NCBI GenBank assembly: GCA_040954595.2
Contig: CM082592.2
Span: forward strand, 3,798,735-3,862,734
Direction: 5' to 3'
Length of the DNA stretch: 64,000 nt
Origin: Balanoglossus misakiensis
Lineage: Eukaryota > Animalia > Hemichordata
Shown: positions 27,335 to 38,800 of the stretch, one piece after another
Layout: the number at the start of each line of letters is the position of its first letter
How positions within the stretch are numbered: the first letter of the stretch is position 1
The notes under the pieces: generated by a model
The model's input: the letters and a program-made list of their open reading frames with translations, nothing else
Told to the model about the DNA's origin: nothing
The model's database searches: none
Program-made: the position numbers and the translations under genes

Positions 27335-28343
27335 CATTAGATAGATAGATAGATAGATGTGACTAATCATATGTTGTTCACGACTTGTGATTGTGTCATA
27401 TTTTCGCAGTCAAAATTTGGCTTGTGCATTTGAGAACTGTAAGTTCTAAATGTTTCATATACGACTATCTTTCGATTAAACGTCCTGTATTTTTGTACAT
27501 GCGCAGAGGACGCTCTTACGGCATCACAGACGGAAACAATTACGTGCTCCTCGCGTATTAAAGACGAAGATGTACGTAAACGGATGAAGAAGATGGGGCA
27601 GTCTTGTGATGAAGACCTACGACGATGTCTGCAACATTGCACAACAGTGATACACGATGCGACAAAGCAGTATGGGAGATGGGTAAGTATTGTTTCAAAT
27701 CGATGTCTTTTTGTTTATGTTATTATTTCGTCGCTCTCTTGAAAGAACCAGCAAACTAGTTGCATGCTGTGAGGGTTCAAACTTATCGATGGAGCAATTA
27801 ACGTTTGAACATTGTTCACAACATACTGACGGGTATAACTCCCCTAAAGTTCATATATTAGTATTCTAGTGTTTTGACACCATTCATGCTATATTAAATT
27901 GTCATTCCATGTATTAGGTATTGGAAGATGCAAAGTTTGAAGTTTCTACATCCAATCGAATTATAAGATTCATCTCGGGCAACAGCGCCAACAAGTTTAA
28001 AATTTTCCTTGGCGAAGACGGGAGACCAACGTACCATTGCGAAAGTAGCAGTCGTTGGAAGAGAGCCACGGATTTGGGGCGGAGCTTCGTGTCGGGAGCT
28101 GCGACTGTTTTGGGTCATGTAAGCGGTCTAGCAGGAGCAGCTAGTGGGGCTATAGGTAGTACAGGCGAAGCCTTGAGAAAAGGACGGCAAATGAAGAGTG
28201 GAGAGCTAACGCAAACAGAGACAGAAAAAACATTTGCCAAAGCTGACACAGAAATCACAATTGAGAGCAAAAAAAAAATTGCCAATTTTGAAACAGAAAT
28301 GGAGATCAAAGAACTACGCAAGCAACACAGCAACAAGAACTGA
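18513..28343 (+). CDS. Uncharacterised ~854-aa protein with 7 tandem ~100-aa domains and a Gly/Ala-rich C-terminal helix (14 exons)
   Basis: A exons end in phase 0 and B exons in phase 1: 18513-18683/19111-19357, 19951-20111/20816-20957, 21730-21881/22060-22252, 23019-23170/23304-23454, 25330-25481/25611-25761, 26171-26319/26826-26967, 27507-27682/27918-28343. The join gives one open frame. Approximate shared consensus: CxPxIx4[IV]x3[IV]...CLxHCxx[IL]x4PxE|VWxxAxIxV...SGx4[FI]D[VI]x4G. The B2 and B4 donors and the GAG acceptors of A4/A5 are weaker calls. Confidence 0.85.
21311..21490. mobile_element. Truncated relative of the Kolobok-like element at 6672-7176
   Basis: Starts ttaaagtcccattagctgc and shares tttaaataatctc..atatgctttt and aacacttatttatgacaaaat with 6672-6800. 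Confidence 0.5.
22442..22614. mobile_element. Foldback MITE with ~70-bp inverted arms
   Basis: tacacccttttcataagtctagcgccc...catgaatttgaactcaaagcgaggcca is mirrored by tggcctcgctttgagttcaaattcatga...gggcgctagacttatgaaaatggtgta. Confidence 0.8.
22700..23440 (+). repeat. First copy of a near-identical ~740-bp duplication (exons A4/B4); second copy at ~25010-25746
   Basis: gatacattcttatcaataaaacactgatcg ... acctacgatgacgaac occurs twice with only a few differences, including intron sequence. Confidence 0.95.
23586..24676. mobile_element. ~1.1-kb insertion ending in a ~185-bp palindrome, inside an AT-rich ~80-bp tandem repeat
   Basis: Palindrome at 24489-24674 (acagaacttcatgacctctgcgcgcgatctgtgcaatatgg ... 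ccatattgcacagatcgcgcgcagaggtcatgaagttctgt). Internal ~190-bp degenerate duplication (~23930-24115 / 24127-24320). The flanking tandem unit tatgtaaatcactcatgatatatat... continues on both sides. Confidence 0.6.
25781..26118. repeat. (TACA)n + (CA)n microsatellite
   Basis: Read directly. Confidence 0.98.
27103..27358. repeat. (GACA)n/(GATA)n compound microsatellite
   Basis: Read directly. Confidence 0.97.
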
Positions 28344-28361
28344 ATGTCCTCGCGTGAAACG

Positions 28362-28760
28362 TGAGGGATCATTTTGGGGCGTCGATTTGTTGAGCTTCGT
28401 TGGCGTCGCAAAACAATGCACCTCATCTCAGAAACATTTGAAAAACTACTCTGAACAGACTCTTATCAAGAGTTAAAAAGAAAGCTTGGAGATTGAACGC
28501 GATAAAACGAGTTGATCAAAGGTCCAAACATTTCTTTGCTACGTACACCGCTAATCCAACTTGAGGGATCATTTTGGGGCGTCGATTTGTTGTGCTGCGT
28601 TGGCGTCTCAAAACAATGCACCTCATCTCATCTCAGAAACATTTGAAAAACTACTCTGAACAGACTCTTGTCCAGAGTTAAAAAGAAAGCTTGGAGATTG
28701 AAAGCGATAAAACGACTTGATCATAGGTCCAAACATTTCTTTGCTACGTACACCGCTAAT
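28362..28760 (+). repeat. ~200-bp tandem duplication just after the stop codon of the 7-repeat gene
   Basis: tgagggatcattttggggcgtcgatttgttg ... tttgctacgtacaccgctaat at 28362-28555 and 28562-28760. Confidence 0.9.
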
Positions 28761-29118
28761 GCAGCTATGAAGGTATGGCCGTGGCTAGCCCTGTGTGTAT
28801 ATTCCCGGTGTTACACGGCCTCGTTAACGCCGGGAACACAGACATGTACGTAGGGCTAGGCCGCGGCGTGCTGCCCGCCCAGTTTCAATATTTAAATCAC
28901 GTAGCTGCATGGCCTGCCTAGGTTCTATGCCTAATGCGTACGATAATCGAAGTTTGGGATTTGTACAATTGTTGTGTTGTTTTCTAATTCAATAGAATAT
29001 TCATGTTATCCGACTATATGAATAATAATTCAGACAAAGCAATGTGAATGATCGGTCAATATACGTCAAGTCAATAGTTTCCCGGTTATAGATAGGTCTC
29101 TACCGTTTATTCCTTTTA

Positions 29119-29276
29119 GCGAGATTTTTACTCTCATATCCTACAGACGGGATGGAAGTTGTCAAACGTTGATTTACTATACAATGTATATCCACATGTA
29201 GAATAACATAAAACGGTGTCTTGTATCAAACATAATTAATGGAAAAAGGGCAGCGAGAGAGAGAGAGAGAGACTTT
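29119..29276. repeat. Inverted copy of 6052-6205 (intron 1 of EGF paralog 2)
   Basis: gcgagatttttactctc...ggatggaagttgt...tccacatgtagaataacataaa...gtcttgtatcaaacat...gggcagcgag is the reverse complement of ~6052-6205. Confidence 0.7.
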
Positions 29277-30633
29277 AGAGAAACGCTTCCCGTACGCGTA
29301 AAGAGGAAACCATTGTGTGGGATTTCCTATTGGTATGTAATTTTGTTTACATTAACAATTTTGATTTTTTTTCATCTTCATTGTATAAAATCTGTAAAGA
29401 TTGCCTGATTTACTGTTTTGATTTGTAATAATCTGCGAATTGATTAATGAGACACAGTCGCCATTTTTATCGTGTTGCTGTTTTTATTTTACCTGATAAT
29501 CTATCGAAATGTTTCTACTTATTTACATATGCCAAACCATTTAATGCAGGCATAAGATGTGATATTTAGACTTCTAAGTCTTAACTTCTTCTGACCAAAT
29601 GTTCTGGTTCCGGTTCTTGAACTATATTTACCACGTAGTAACATTTCATGTCAAAAAGCCGTCATAAAGTAAATGAATGTACATGTACTCCAGTTAAGTT
29701 TATTTTTTATTAGTTAGAAACCTATTTTTTATTATTTTACTATTTTACATGTGTGTACATTAAATAGCAAACATGGAACATGAAACTGCATTTACTAATA
29801 AACTAGTGACTCCCGCACTCTTACCATAGAATAACCAAAATATTTCAGTTTATTTCCTTGATGATTGTGTCAGGATTATTATACTTATTGTAATAATTAA
29901 AATCATTTTATGTAATCTTTGCCGTTCGCATCCAATAAAGCATATTTTAAAAAGCATATTAGCCCTAATGATCAACAGTTCCGTTCGTAGAACTGAGTTG
30001 CATCAATAACATTTCGAATTTTAAACAAGGGGCCCTATAGCACCGACGTCCTTTGGACAAATATGCTGGCGCATTCACAAATAAATATTGGCCAAAGCGG
30101 ACTTTTTGTTGTAATAGACAGTTCAGGAAGAAGAAGAAAAAAAGACCAAAATATTGACATCGAAACTAGTAAACATCGATTCCTGGGACTAAGGGGAATG
30201 GTTAAACAGTGGTCTATGTGATAGACACATTTTATCACGTAGACACCCAGACACCGGCCCTCACAGCCCTGAACGTTGAGGGTGCCACCTCAATAAACTT
30301 AATAGCGTACGTTCCCGGAGGCGAGTTTGTTGTGAGAGTGTCGAATCAAGCTGATATATATTGATTGTGCATATTTGTATTTACAACCTAACGATGCGAA
30401 GAGATCCCACCAACTTCAGATTTAGCGCAGTTTGATCAAGTCAGCAGCTTCATATTTACATGATATGAGAATTCGATTTCGAATCAAGTATATGTTGGGC
30501 TTTAAAACAAAATTATCGTATGTATGCTGTAACATTATAATATATTTATTGGTATAATAATACAAAAGCAAAAAATGATACATGATTAAAATAAATAGAA
30601 CGATTGGTCGAGGTTCAGATGTAGCGTACACCG

Positions 30634-30700
30634 AGAACAGAACAGAACAGAACAGAACAGAACAGAACAGAACAGAACAGAACAGAACAGAACAGAACAG
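30634..30700. repeat. (AGAAC)n microsatellite
   Basis: Read directly. Confidence 0.97.
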
Positions 30701-31171
30701 CGCATAACTTTACATCCGATTTAATCAGATTGGTAGTGACGTCGATAGCCCTGAAGTTGTTGCGCAGATCAAGGAACTTATCGCGTGTTGCAGAAACATC
30801 CAGAAGAAAAAAACAGCGTCAGACTACGATCACCAAGACTTTTTCCCAGTTGGGTTGAACATAGGGAACAACTACGATGAAAACGTGCAATGCTGAATTT
30901 TACACTTTTCCCAATGGAAATCATGCAGTTTTCATTCGGTTTTTAGCTATTAATACGTATTTTCTTGAACGTTATGTATTGTACTTGTCTTGACATTTAA
31001 TAAAGAATATAAGATACAATGTAATGGTTATATATGCAGAAGTATGATTATCGTTTTCAGTCAATAGCCCCCCCCCCCCTCCCCTTTTCATGGCCCCTCG
31101 CTAAGTCGCAGTTTTCCGGATGGTCCCTGGCACGATAACTGATTTGTGCTGATTGGTGAGAAAAAAGTACT

Positions 31172-31320
31172 GGAAATGTTTTGACATCTGGTTCTAAATG
31201 TATTAATAGCTGTTAATCTGACAAAGTGAAAGACAGTATCATATTAAATCTGATATTGTCTTTCACTTTGTCAGATTAACAGCAATTAACACATTTAGAG
31301 CCAGATGTCAAAACATTTCC
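31172..31320. repeat. ~150-bp near-perfect palindrome just 3' of the creatine kinase stop codon
   Basis: ggaaatgttttgacatctggttctaaatgtattaatagctgttaatctgacaaagtgaaagacagtatca / tgatattgtctttcactttgtcagattaacagcaattaacacatttagagccagatgtcaaaacatttcc. Confidence 0.9.
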
Positions 31321-31401
31321 TTTCATTTTCCTTTGATATATTTTGTCAAAATAAAACAAAAAGATCACACAACTTCAGAAACCCTAAATTTGTTTGAGGA
31401 G

Positions 31402-33349
31402 CTAATTGGGGATCAGCGAATCAATGGGGCATCCTTTTTCCAATTCCTTCTCCATATGGATCAAAAGATTTACACCATCAATAACACACTGCACCAGTTG
31501 TACCTGTGAAAAAAGACAAGATGATCAGTGACTGACAATTATTGTTCAGAGTTCAACAAAATTTCCAAGTCCCTGAAATGAAAGTGCACTATGATCACAA
31601 GTGTCACAATATCAACAAATCTGACCAAAGAACACTCACAGGGCCTGTACACTTAATACAGTTCTAAACAATCAGACATGTACATTCTGAAGATCTCCTT
31701 CCACAAAATGGAAAAAAGTGTCAAAAATACACTATCGAGGATTTTACTACAGTTTGAACAAATCACCCACAGGGACATGCATATATTGCTAATATGGATG
31801 CACCTCTGATTTTCGAAGACGATCCATGTTGGAGATGTCAAAGATGCCGTCAGTTGCCATAGTGTCAATGCCACCAATACCACGCTTCTGGAGACGCAGG
31901 TTGAGCAGAATCTTCTCAAATTGAGGATGCTTACAGAAAATGGAAAAACAAGAAGTCAATCAGATACATGTGCAAGTATTTAATTGTATCTAGTGGCATG
32001 CTTTTCAATTTATAGGATGTGACTGTTAGATTTCATTATCTTCCAACAAAAATGTTTATTGGAATTACATGCTTCTTGTATAACAAACTTGAAATCTGCA
32101 TAGCTATAGGAATGGATATCCATATGAAATGTTTGGCAAATTGGAATCACATCGACTAACCTTCGATACATTTGGCAATTTGATGTGCACGCTAGCACGC
32201 AGGCCTGTGCCAAGATTTGATGGGCAGGACAAAATGTAGCCTAGATGCTCATTCCACATAAACTCCCAGCCCTTCTTTTGGATCAGTGATTCAACCTGAT
32301 GGGAAAGTTGTGTGAAATTCAAACAAAGGTTCATAGAGCTCGTGCACCCATAGCAACTTTCCAAAAGCCTTTCCGTTGGGACAATTAAGTATACGCTATG
32401 ATTTTCCAGGAGGGATTGGCAGTACTGATTTTTGCGCCAAAGACTTCTGTACATTTTGGCTTTCTTACCTGGTTCAAACCTACACAGAAACGATCGAAGA
32501 CGGCCTTCATGTTGCCACCCTTTTCCATGGAAATCACTCTTGTGTGGTCCTCCTCATTGAGCCATATCAGGAAATTCAGTTTGTCATTGTACCTGTCATT
32601 TTTCATAAAAAGGTTGGCCAAGAAATTGGACAAAGCAGATCCAGAATTGTCAACGTACAGCCACAAAGACTGACAATCAATGCTAGATTTCATTTGATCA
32701 CTTCCTGGTGAAGGCGCATGCTGTTACATTCCATGAAGCTCAACATGGATATTAACCCTTTCACCACTATGGTTCAGTCCAAACCTGTTGTTTTCTATGG
32801 TAAGGTTGGACCTCTAAAGAGGGAACTGGGCTGAAAGGGTTAATGTACATGTATGTTTGCACCTGCCACGTGTCATAATTGCTAGAACCACAGAATCACA
32901 TCTCATCTAAGCCATCTACAATATACATCCATTTACCCCAGATAGCACATGCTACACTCACCAGATGCCGCGAGCGTCCGGCCAATCACGAGCCACACCG
33001 GCACAGCTCTGTAAAGGTGACACAGGTTGGTCAAAGAGGAAATGATCATCAATCAACTGTTGTTTATCCTGTTCGGACATGTTGTTCAGGGGGTAGTACT
33101 GGCCCTTGAAATATCCCTTGAGGTCACCCAACGTATTGACGACTATCTGACAAAATACACAAAAAGTGTGTGACACTTCAGACAATATCAACATAGGAAT
33201 TTATGATCAGTTATGTCTGCTGTCATTGCTCCTGTTTAGTCACATTGTTTAGGAGGTAGACCTTGCCCTTTAATTCTCCCAAAGCATTGACGACAAGCTG
33301 ACAATTAAAACACACACATGCACACTCACCACCTCTGTTCCTTTGTCCA

Positions 33350-33415
<66 letters not shown>

Positions 33416-34294
33416 CCTGAGGAATGACATTTTTTTCTTCCTGGCTTTTTGAAACAAAATATCATGTATGTTGTATATTTTAGCATGATGTTATACATGG
33501 CTTTTTGCTTTGGATTTTACATAGTTTCAAGAATAAAATTTTAGGTACATACTCTCTCCACTTCTCGTCTCTCAGCACGAGTGCATGCAGAGGGCAGACT
33601 GAGACCACGAATTGAACGTCCAGTACGACATCTTGATGATAAAACGTACTTTTCGTCAAACACACCTCCCCTAATTTTTGTGTTGTCCAGATCGGTTGGA
33701 TGTTTGTCATTTCTGCCATAGCCTGGGTGACGGTCACTGATGACAGGTTCAAACAGATCAGCAAAAACCTGGAGAATAATAAATAACGATGAATTATTAA
33801 ATATTCACACTTGAGGATATAGACATCATCTTTAATAATGATTAATTTGCATTTTAAAACTTTTATTTTATTATTGAAAAATTAAAGCTAGGTTTGCAGT
33901 GTGACGTTTCGATTTCATAATGCTGCATCTTTGTAAGACTGACCTCATAACTTTCTTCATCCCCTGCTACCACGCCAACAGTCATGACGAATGGATGCCT
34001 GGGGTTATCAATTCCAGACTGGATGCACTGGTCAATGGTGTAGCCGTTTGGTGTGGTCTTGTCACGGAGCTTTGCATAGATGCCTGGCGTCAGACACTTA
34101 GCCATGTGATTGTTGTGCTTGGTCAGGTCTGGGTAGTCGGCTGATGGAGGGTAGAGACGATGGGCTCTCATGGCTGTTGCTGTCACAGGCTCACAGGTGC
34201 TGAAGTACACGACCGAGCAGACGCCCAGACCGACAGCACCGGCCGCCACCACTTTCTTTGTAGTGGACGAGAAGATCCTTCCTGCAAAGGCCAT
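31402..34294 (-). CDS. CKMT: Mitochondrial-type creatine kinase (ATP:guanidino phosphotransferase), ~412 aa, 7 coding exons, divergent
   Basis: Exons: 33944-34294, 33553-33768, 32962-33146, 32469-32592, 32161-32295, 31804-31929, 31402-31503. N-terminal targeting-like leader followed by [11 protein letters not shown]. Family motifs [45 protein letters not shown] and FDISNxDRL are present. Confidence 0.93.
32756..32839. mobile_element. Tiny piggyBac-like MITE in a CK intron
   Basis: TTAA|CCCTTTCA ... TGAAAGGG|TTAA. Confidence 0.7.
33205..33297 (-). pseudogene. Decayed partial duplicate of CK exon 3 (pseudo-exon)
   Basis: tgtcag|[24 protein letters not shown] aligns to true exon 3, [30 protein letters not shown]. 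It has a 12-nt deletion and an in-frame stop. Confidence 0.75.
33350..33416. repeat. (CAA)n microsatellite
   Basis: Read directly; intronic. Confidence 0.97.
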
Positions 34295-35822
34295 CTTGGT
34301 GTTGGAAGTGGTGTGACAGAAACCGAACGTGTGATTTATCTGGTGTATGAAGTGAATTGTGGGCATAGTAGTTATTGCCTCACATAACCAAACGGCATGT
34401 GATCGGAGTCCATCATTTGCTGATGCCAAAGGGTTTCTCATTTGTCATGAGAGAGGCGTGACTCAAACAATTCCAAGGGCACTTGCCCCTACATGAAAAA
34501 CATACATAGAAATGATCTTAAACATCTCTTTTGATTTATTTACCCACTACAAAACATCTCGTGGACTTTTTTTTGCCAATCATGTACACCAGAAGTTTGT
34601 TATTGTTGGCAAATGCATTCAGTTTGAAAAAAATCAATACTGTACCTTTAGTAGGACAAGGCCGCTGTTTTTGACCTATCTGTCATATCAAGGATACATG
34701 GATTACTTGCATGAAGTTCTTCAGTGTACAAAATAGTGGCGACTCATAACTTTGTCAAAAATTTTTCTCTTTTGATGTAGAAGAAAGTCACTTTAGTTTT
34801 AGTAATTTTTTCACACTTGGGTTTTTAGTGAGAATATGTTATAAATGAGAAATGTATTTTATGTTATTGGCTATTTTATAAAGTCACATATGTCACAAAC
34901 ATGTCCACTATACAAGGCTGCTTATGACGTAAAATGAAAAAGTTTAGATCAACACCAGCATACGCACAACTTTCTATATTATCAATGAGGAAAAAGATTG
35001 ATAACCACAAACACAAGGATACACACACCATAAACTACCCCAAAGATTCAGTTTTATTCCAAGAATTAGGCACGTGTACCTTATATTCATAAAAAGCAAA
35101 CCAATTGTAGGACTGACTGCACCGATGGTAGATATCCAAATGATATTTAACTTACAACTTTATATGCTTTGGGAAAGCGTTGTGGTAAGGAGAAAGCAAA
35201 ACAACTTCATGGTTACAACTCGGTTGTCCGAAAGGATGAAGTCTGAATAAACTTTATGTGATAGTGATGCACAATTGTAATAGATCTTAAGGAAATCATG
35301 GCCAATAAACACTGACAAAGATGAACTGCATTCCTGGTGAACCATCTCATTAGAAACCATGTTTTACTTGTTAAAAAAACAAGCAATAGTATTGCATGTT
35401 TCAAGAAGTCAAAGAGCACTGACACTTCTTCATATCAAACAAAATTGGCCAAAAAATCTCAGGAGTACTCGAACCACGAAGAAGACAAAGAACACTGTTA
35501 AAAATTATAACAAAAATATGTTTTTAATGTAAAGTTACAGTTGACATACTTGTAATTAAAACAAAAATATAACCATGAAATTCCTATACTGTTCTGTAGT
35601 TGAACCAGTATTTGTATAGGCTAAACATGTTGACTTATGGCAGGACAACTCGAAGAGATATTACACTAATACTATTTACAGTACTTCCACTTCAGGACTT
35701 TGCTTCAAAAATTCAGTACATAAATCACTGAACACATAAGTGTACCACCAAATGTCATGACCAGACCTGGTAAAACTGATTTTTCTCAACAAACCATGGT
35801 GTCAAAGTTCAAGGTGGAAAGG

Positions 35823-38800
35823 TTAACTGACGACCTGTTTGATACACTTTTTAACACTCTCATTGTCTGCAATGGTCAAGACTTCCTGGAGGGAATTCTC
35901 AACATGGGGATGGCAACACTTCCGTAAAATCACCAAACATTTCACAGCCCAGTCCAGAACATTCTGTTTCACTGAAATTCAAAAAGGAGACGATTAAAAT
36001 GATATATTTAGGTTACCGGTAATGACTGAAAAGTATGGTGGCCTGTAGAAAAACAGCCCCTGGCCCTTTCAAATAATAATAATAATAATTAAAGCTGCAA
36101 GCAGCGTTGGCGGGGCACAAGCGGTTCCCATGGTGACCAGCAAATGCCACGGCTGTATCTGCTGGGGATACAAAGATATGGGAAAGTAGGTCAAAGGTCA
36201 CCTAAGGTCACCCTAAATTTGGGCAAAAAAATTGGACCCCATATAAGTCTAGGTCCAACAAAAACAAGACCCCTAGCTCTATTGGTTCGCCTAGAATTAG
36301 GTATGCGCATAATTAATGAGGTCTTGTGTAAGACTCCATATGTGCTCCATCTGCCCCCTAAAAGCCAGGACTCTAACTGCTGTGGATGCTGAGATATGGG
36401 AAAGTAGATCAAAGGTCATCCAAGGTCACCCAAAATTTGGGCATAAAATTTTGACCCCAGAGTGGGCCATGTCCAACTAAAACCAGACCTCTAGCCCTAT
36501 TGGTTAGCCTGGAATTAGATATGCAGAAAAATGATGTTTCAGAAATAGGTCAAGGGTCATTGCCAAAATTACCAAAATATTTGTGCCATGTCCTGGCTGC
36601 ATTGGTACCCATGTCCACAAAATTCATGACTGTGGTGCTTTGACAAGAGGAGGTATGTTGAATATGCATATATAATTAGTTGTTTTAAAACTGGGTCAAA
36701 GGTCATGTGAAAATTGCCCCGAAAAATTGTGACAACTTCCGGTCATATGATGACTCATATCCAAAAAAAGAATTTCCGTGCTGTCAATATTTTGGCTACA
36801 AAACGGAATTTTCATTTTTCAATGGTTTTCCGAAAATCCAACATGGCCGCCATAATGATCAACCAATCACAGTGTGCTTCGCAAACTTGATAGACATAGG
36901 TTAGGTGACCACATATCCCAAATCCCGAGACTCGGTAACCGCTGGTTCTGGAGAAGAAGATTTTTAAAGTTTTAGGTAGTTTTTCAGAAAAACAATTGTA
37001 GCAAAAAAACTTTATGTATGACGTCATGATTTTAATGGGGTAAAATGATGGACATAAGGTAGGCTACCTGCACACCAAATTTGAACTCGATCGGCCCAGT
37101 GGTTTTAGAGAAGGACTCATTTAACGATTTTCAGGAAATCCAATATGGCCGCCAGGTCACGTGACTAATTAAATATTCACGAGCCACTGCACGTCTACTC
37201 ATTGGCCCCTATCACCCTACCAAGTTTCAGCCCCCTAGGTGCAGCGGTTTTCCAGATCTACCTGGCCGAATTTCTCGGAAGAAGAAGAAGAAGAAGAAAT
37301 ATAGCTGTGAACAGCAATAAGCGGGTTTCGAGACACTACTAGTCCTATTGGTTCGCCTGGAGATAGATTTGTGCATATTTAATTACTGCATTAGTTGTTC
37401 TATCACTCCAAATGCCAAGGGTGTATGTGCTGTGGATGCTGAGATGTGGAAAAGTAGGTCAAAGGTCACGTGAGGTCACGCTTAATATGAGCAGAAAATG
37501 TTTACGCTATACTGGTCCATGTCAAACAAAAACCAGACCTGTAGCCCTACTGGTTTGCCTGGAATTAGGTATGCACATAATTAATGAGTTAGGCAGGTGT
37601 CACAGGTGACTCTAAAATTTGGCTTCTTATTTTGGTCCCATCCACCCAAACACCTAAGCTGTACCTGCTCTGGATGCCGAGATATGTGAAAGTAGGTCAA
37701 AGGTCACCCAAGGACATCCAAAGTTTTGGGAAAAAAATTGTCCCCATACTGGTCCATGTCTGACAAAAACCAGACCTGTAGCCCTATTGGTTTGCCTGGA
37801 ATTAGGTATGCAAATAGTTAATGAGTTAAGCAGGTGTCACAGGTGAGCCTTAAATTTGGCTTCTTATTTTGGTCCCATCCACCCAAACACCTAAGCTGTA
37901 CCTGCTCTGGATGCTGAGGTATGCGAAAGTAGGTCAAAGGTCACCCAAGGTCACCCAAAATTTGGGGGGGAAATTTGACCCCATACTGGTCCATGTCCGA
38001 CAAAAACCAGACCTGTAGCCCTATTGGTTTGCCTGGAATTAGGTATGCACATAGTTAATGAGTTAAGCAGGTGTCACAGGTGAGCCTTAAATTTGGCTTC
38101 TTATTTTGGTCCCATCCACCCAAACACCTAAGCTGTATCTGCTCTGGATGCTGAGATATGCGAAAGTAGGTCAAAGGTCACCCAAGGTCACCCAAAATTT
38201 GGGGAAAAAATTTGACCCTTAACTGGTCCATGTCCGACAAAAACCAGACCTGTAGCCCTATTGGTTTGCCTGGAATTAGGTATGCACATAGTTAATGAGT
38301 TGAGCAGGTGTCACAGGTGAGCCTTAAATTTGGCTTCTTATTTTGGTCCCATCCACCCAAACACCTGAGCTGTACCTGCTCTGGATGCTGAGATATGCGA
38401 AAGTAGGTCAAAGGTCACCCAAGGTCACCCAAAATTTGGGGAAAAAATTTGACCCCATACTGGTCCATGTCCGACAAAAACCAGACCTGTAGCCCTATTG
38501 GTTTGCCTGGAATTAGGTATGCACATAATTAATGAGTTGAGCAGGTGTCACAGGTGAGCCTTAAATTTGGCTTCTTATTTTGGTCCCATCCACCCAAACA
38601 CCTGAGCTGTACCTGCTCTGGATGCTGAGATATGCGAAAGTAGGTCAAAGGTCACCCAAGGTCACCCAAAATTTGGGGAAAAAATTTGACCCCATACTGG
38701 TCCATGTCCGACAAAAACCAGACCTGTAGCCCTATTGGTTTGCCTGGAATTAGGTATGCACATAATTAATGAGTTGAGCAGGTGTCACAGGTGAGCCTTA

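Noticed and set aside
28784-28860. Small GC-rich hairpin downstream of the 7-repeat gene
   Set aside because: It is short and imperfect, with no TSD or RNA-family features I can support.
33223-33498. Poly-Cys ORF
   Set aside because: It is the (CAA)n microsatellite plus the CK pseudo-exon, not a metallothionein.
33863-34441. CK start at 34441 as given by the ORF track
   Set aside because: The ATG at 34294 (good context, followed by a mitochondrial-type leader) fits the family, and the ORF end is read-through into intron 1.
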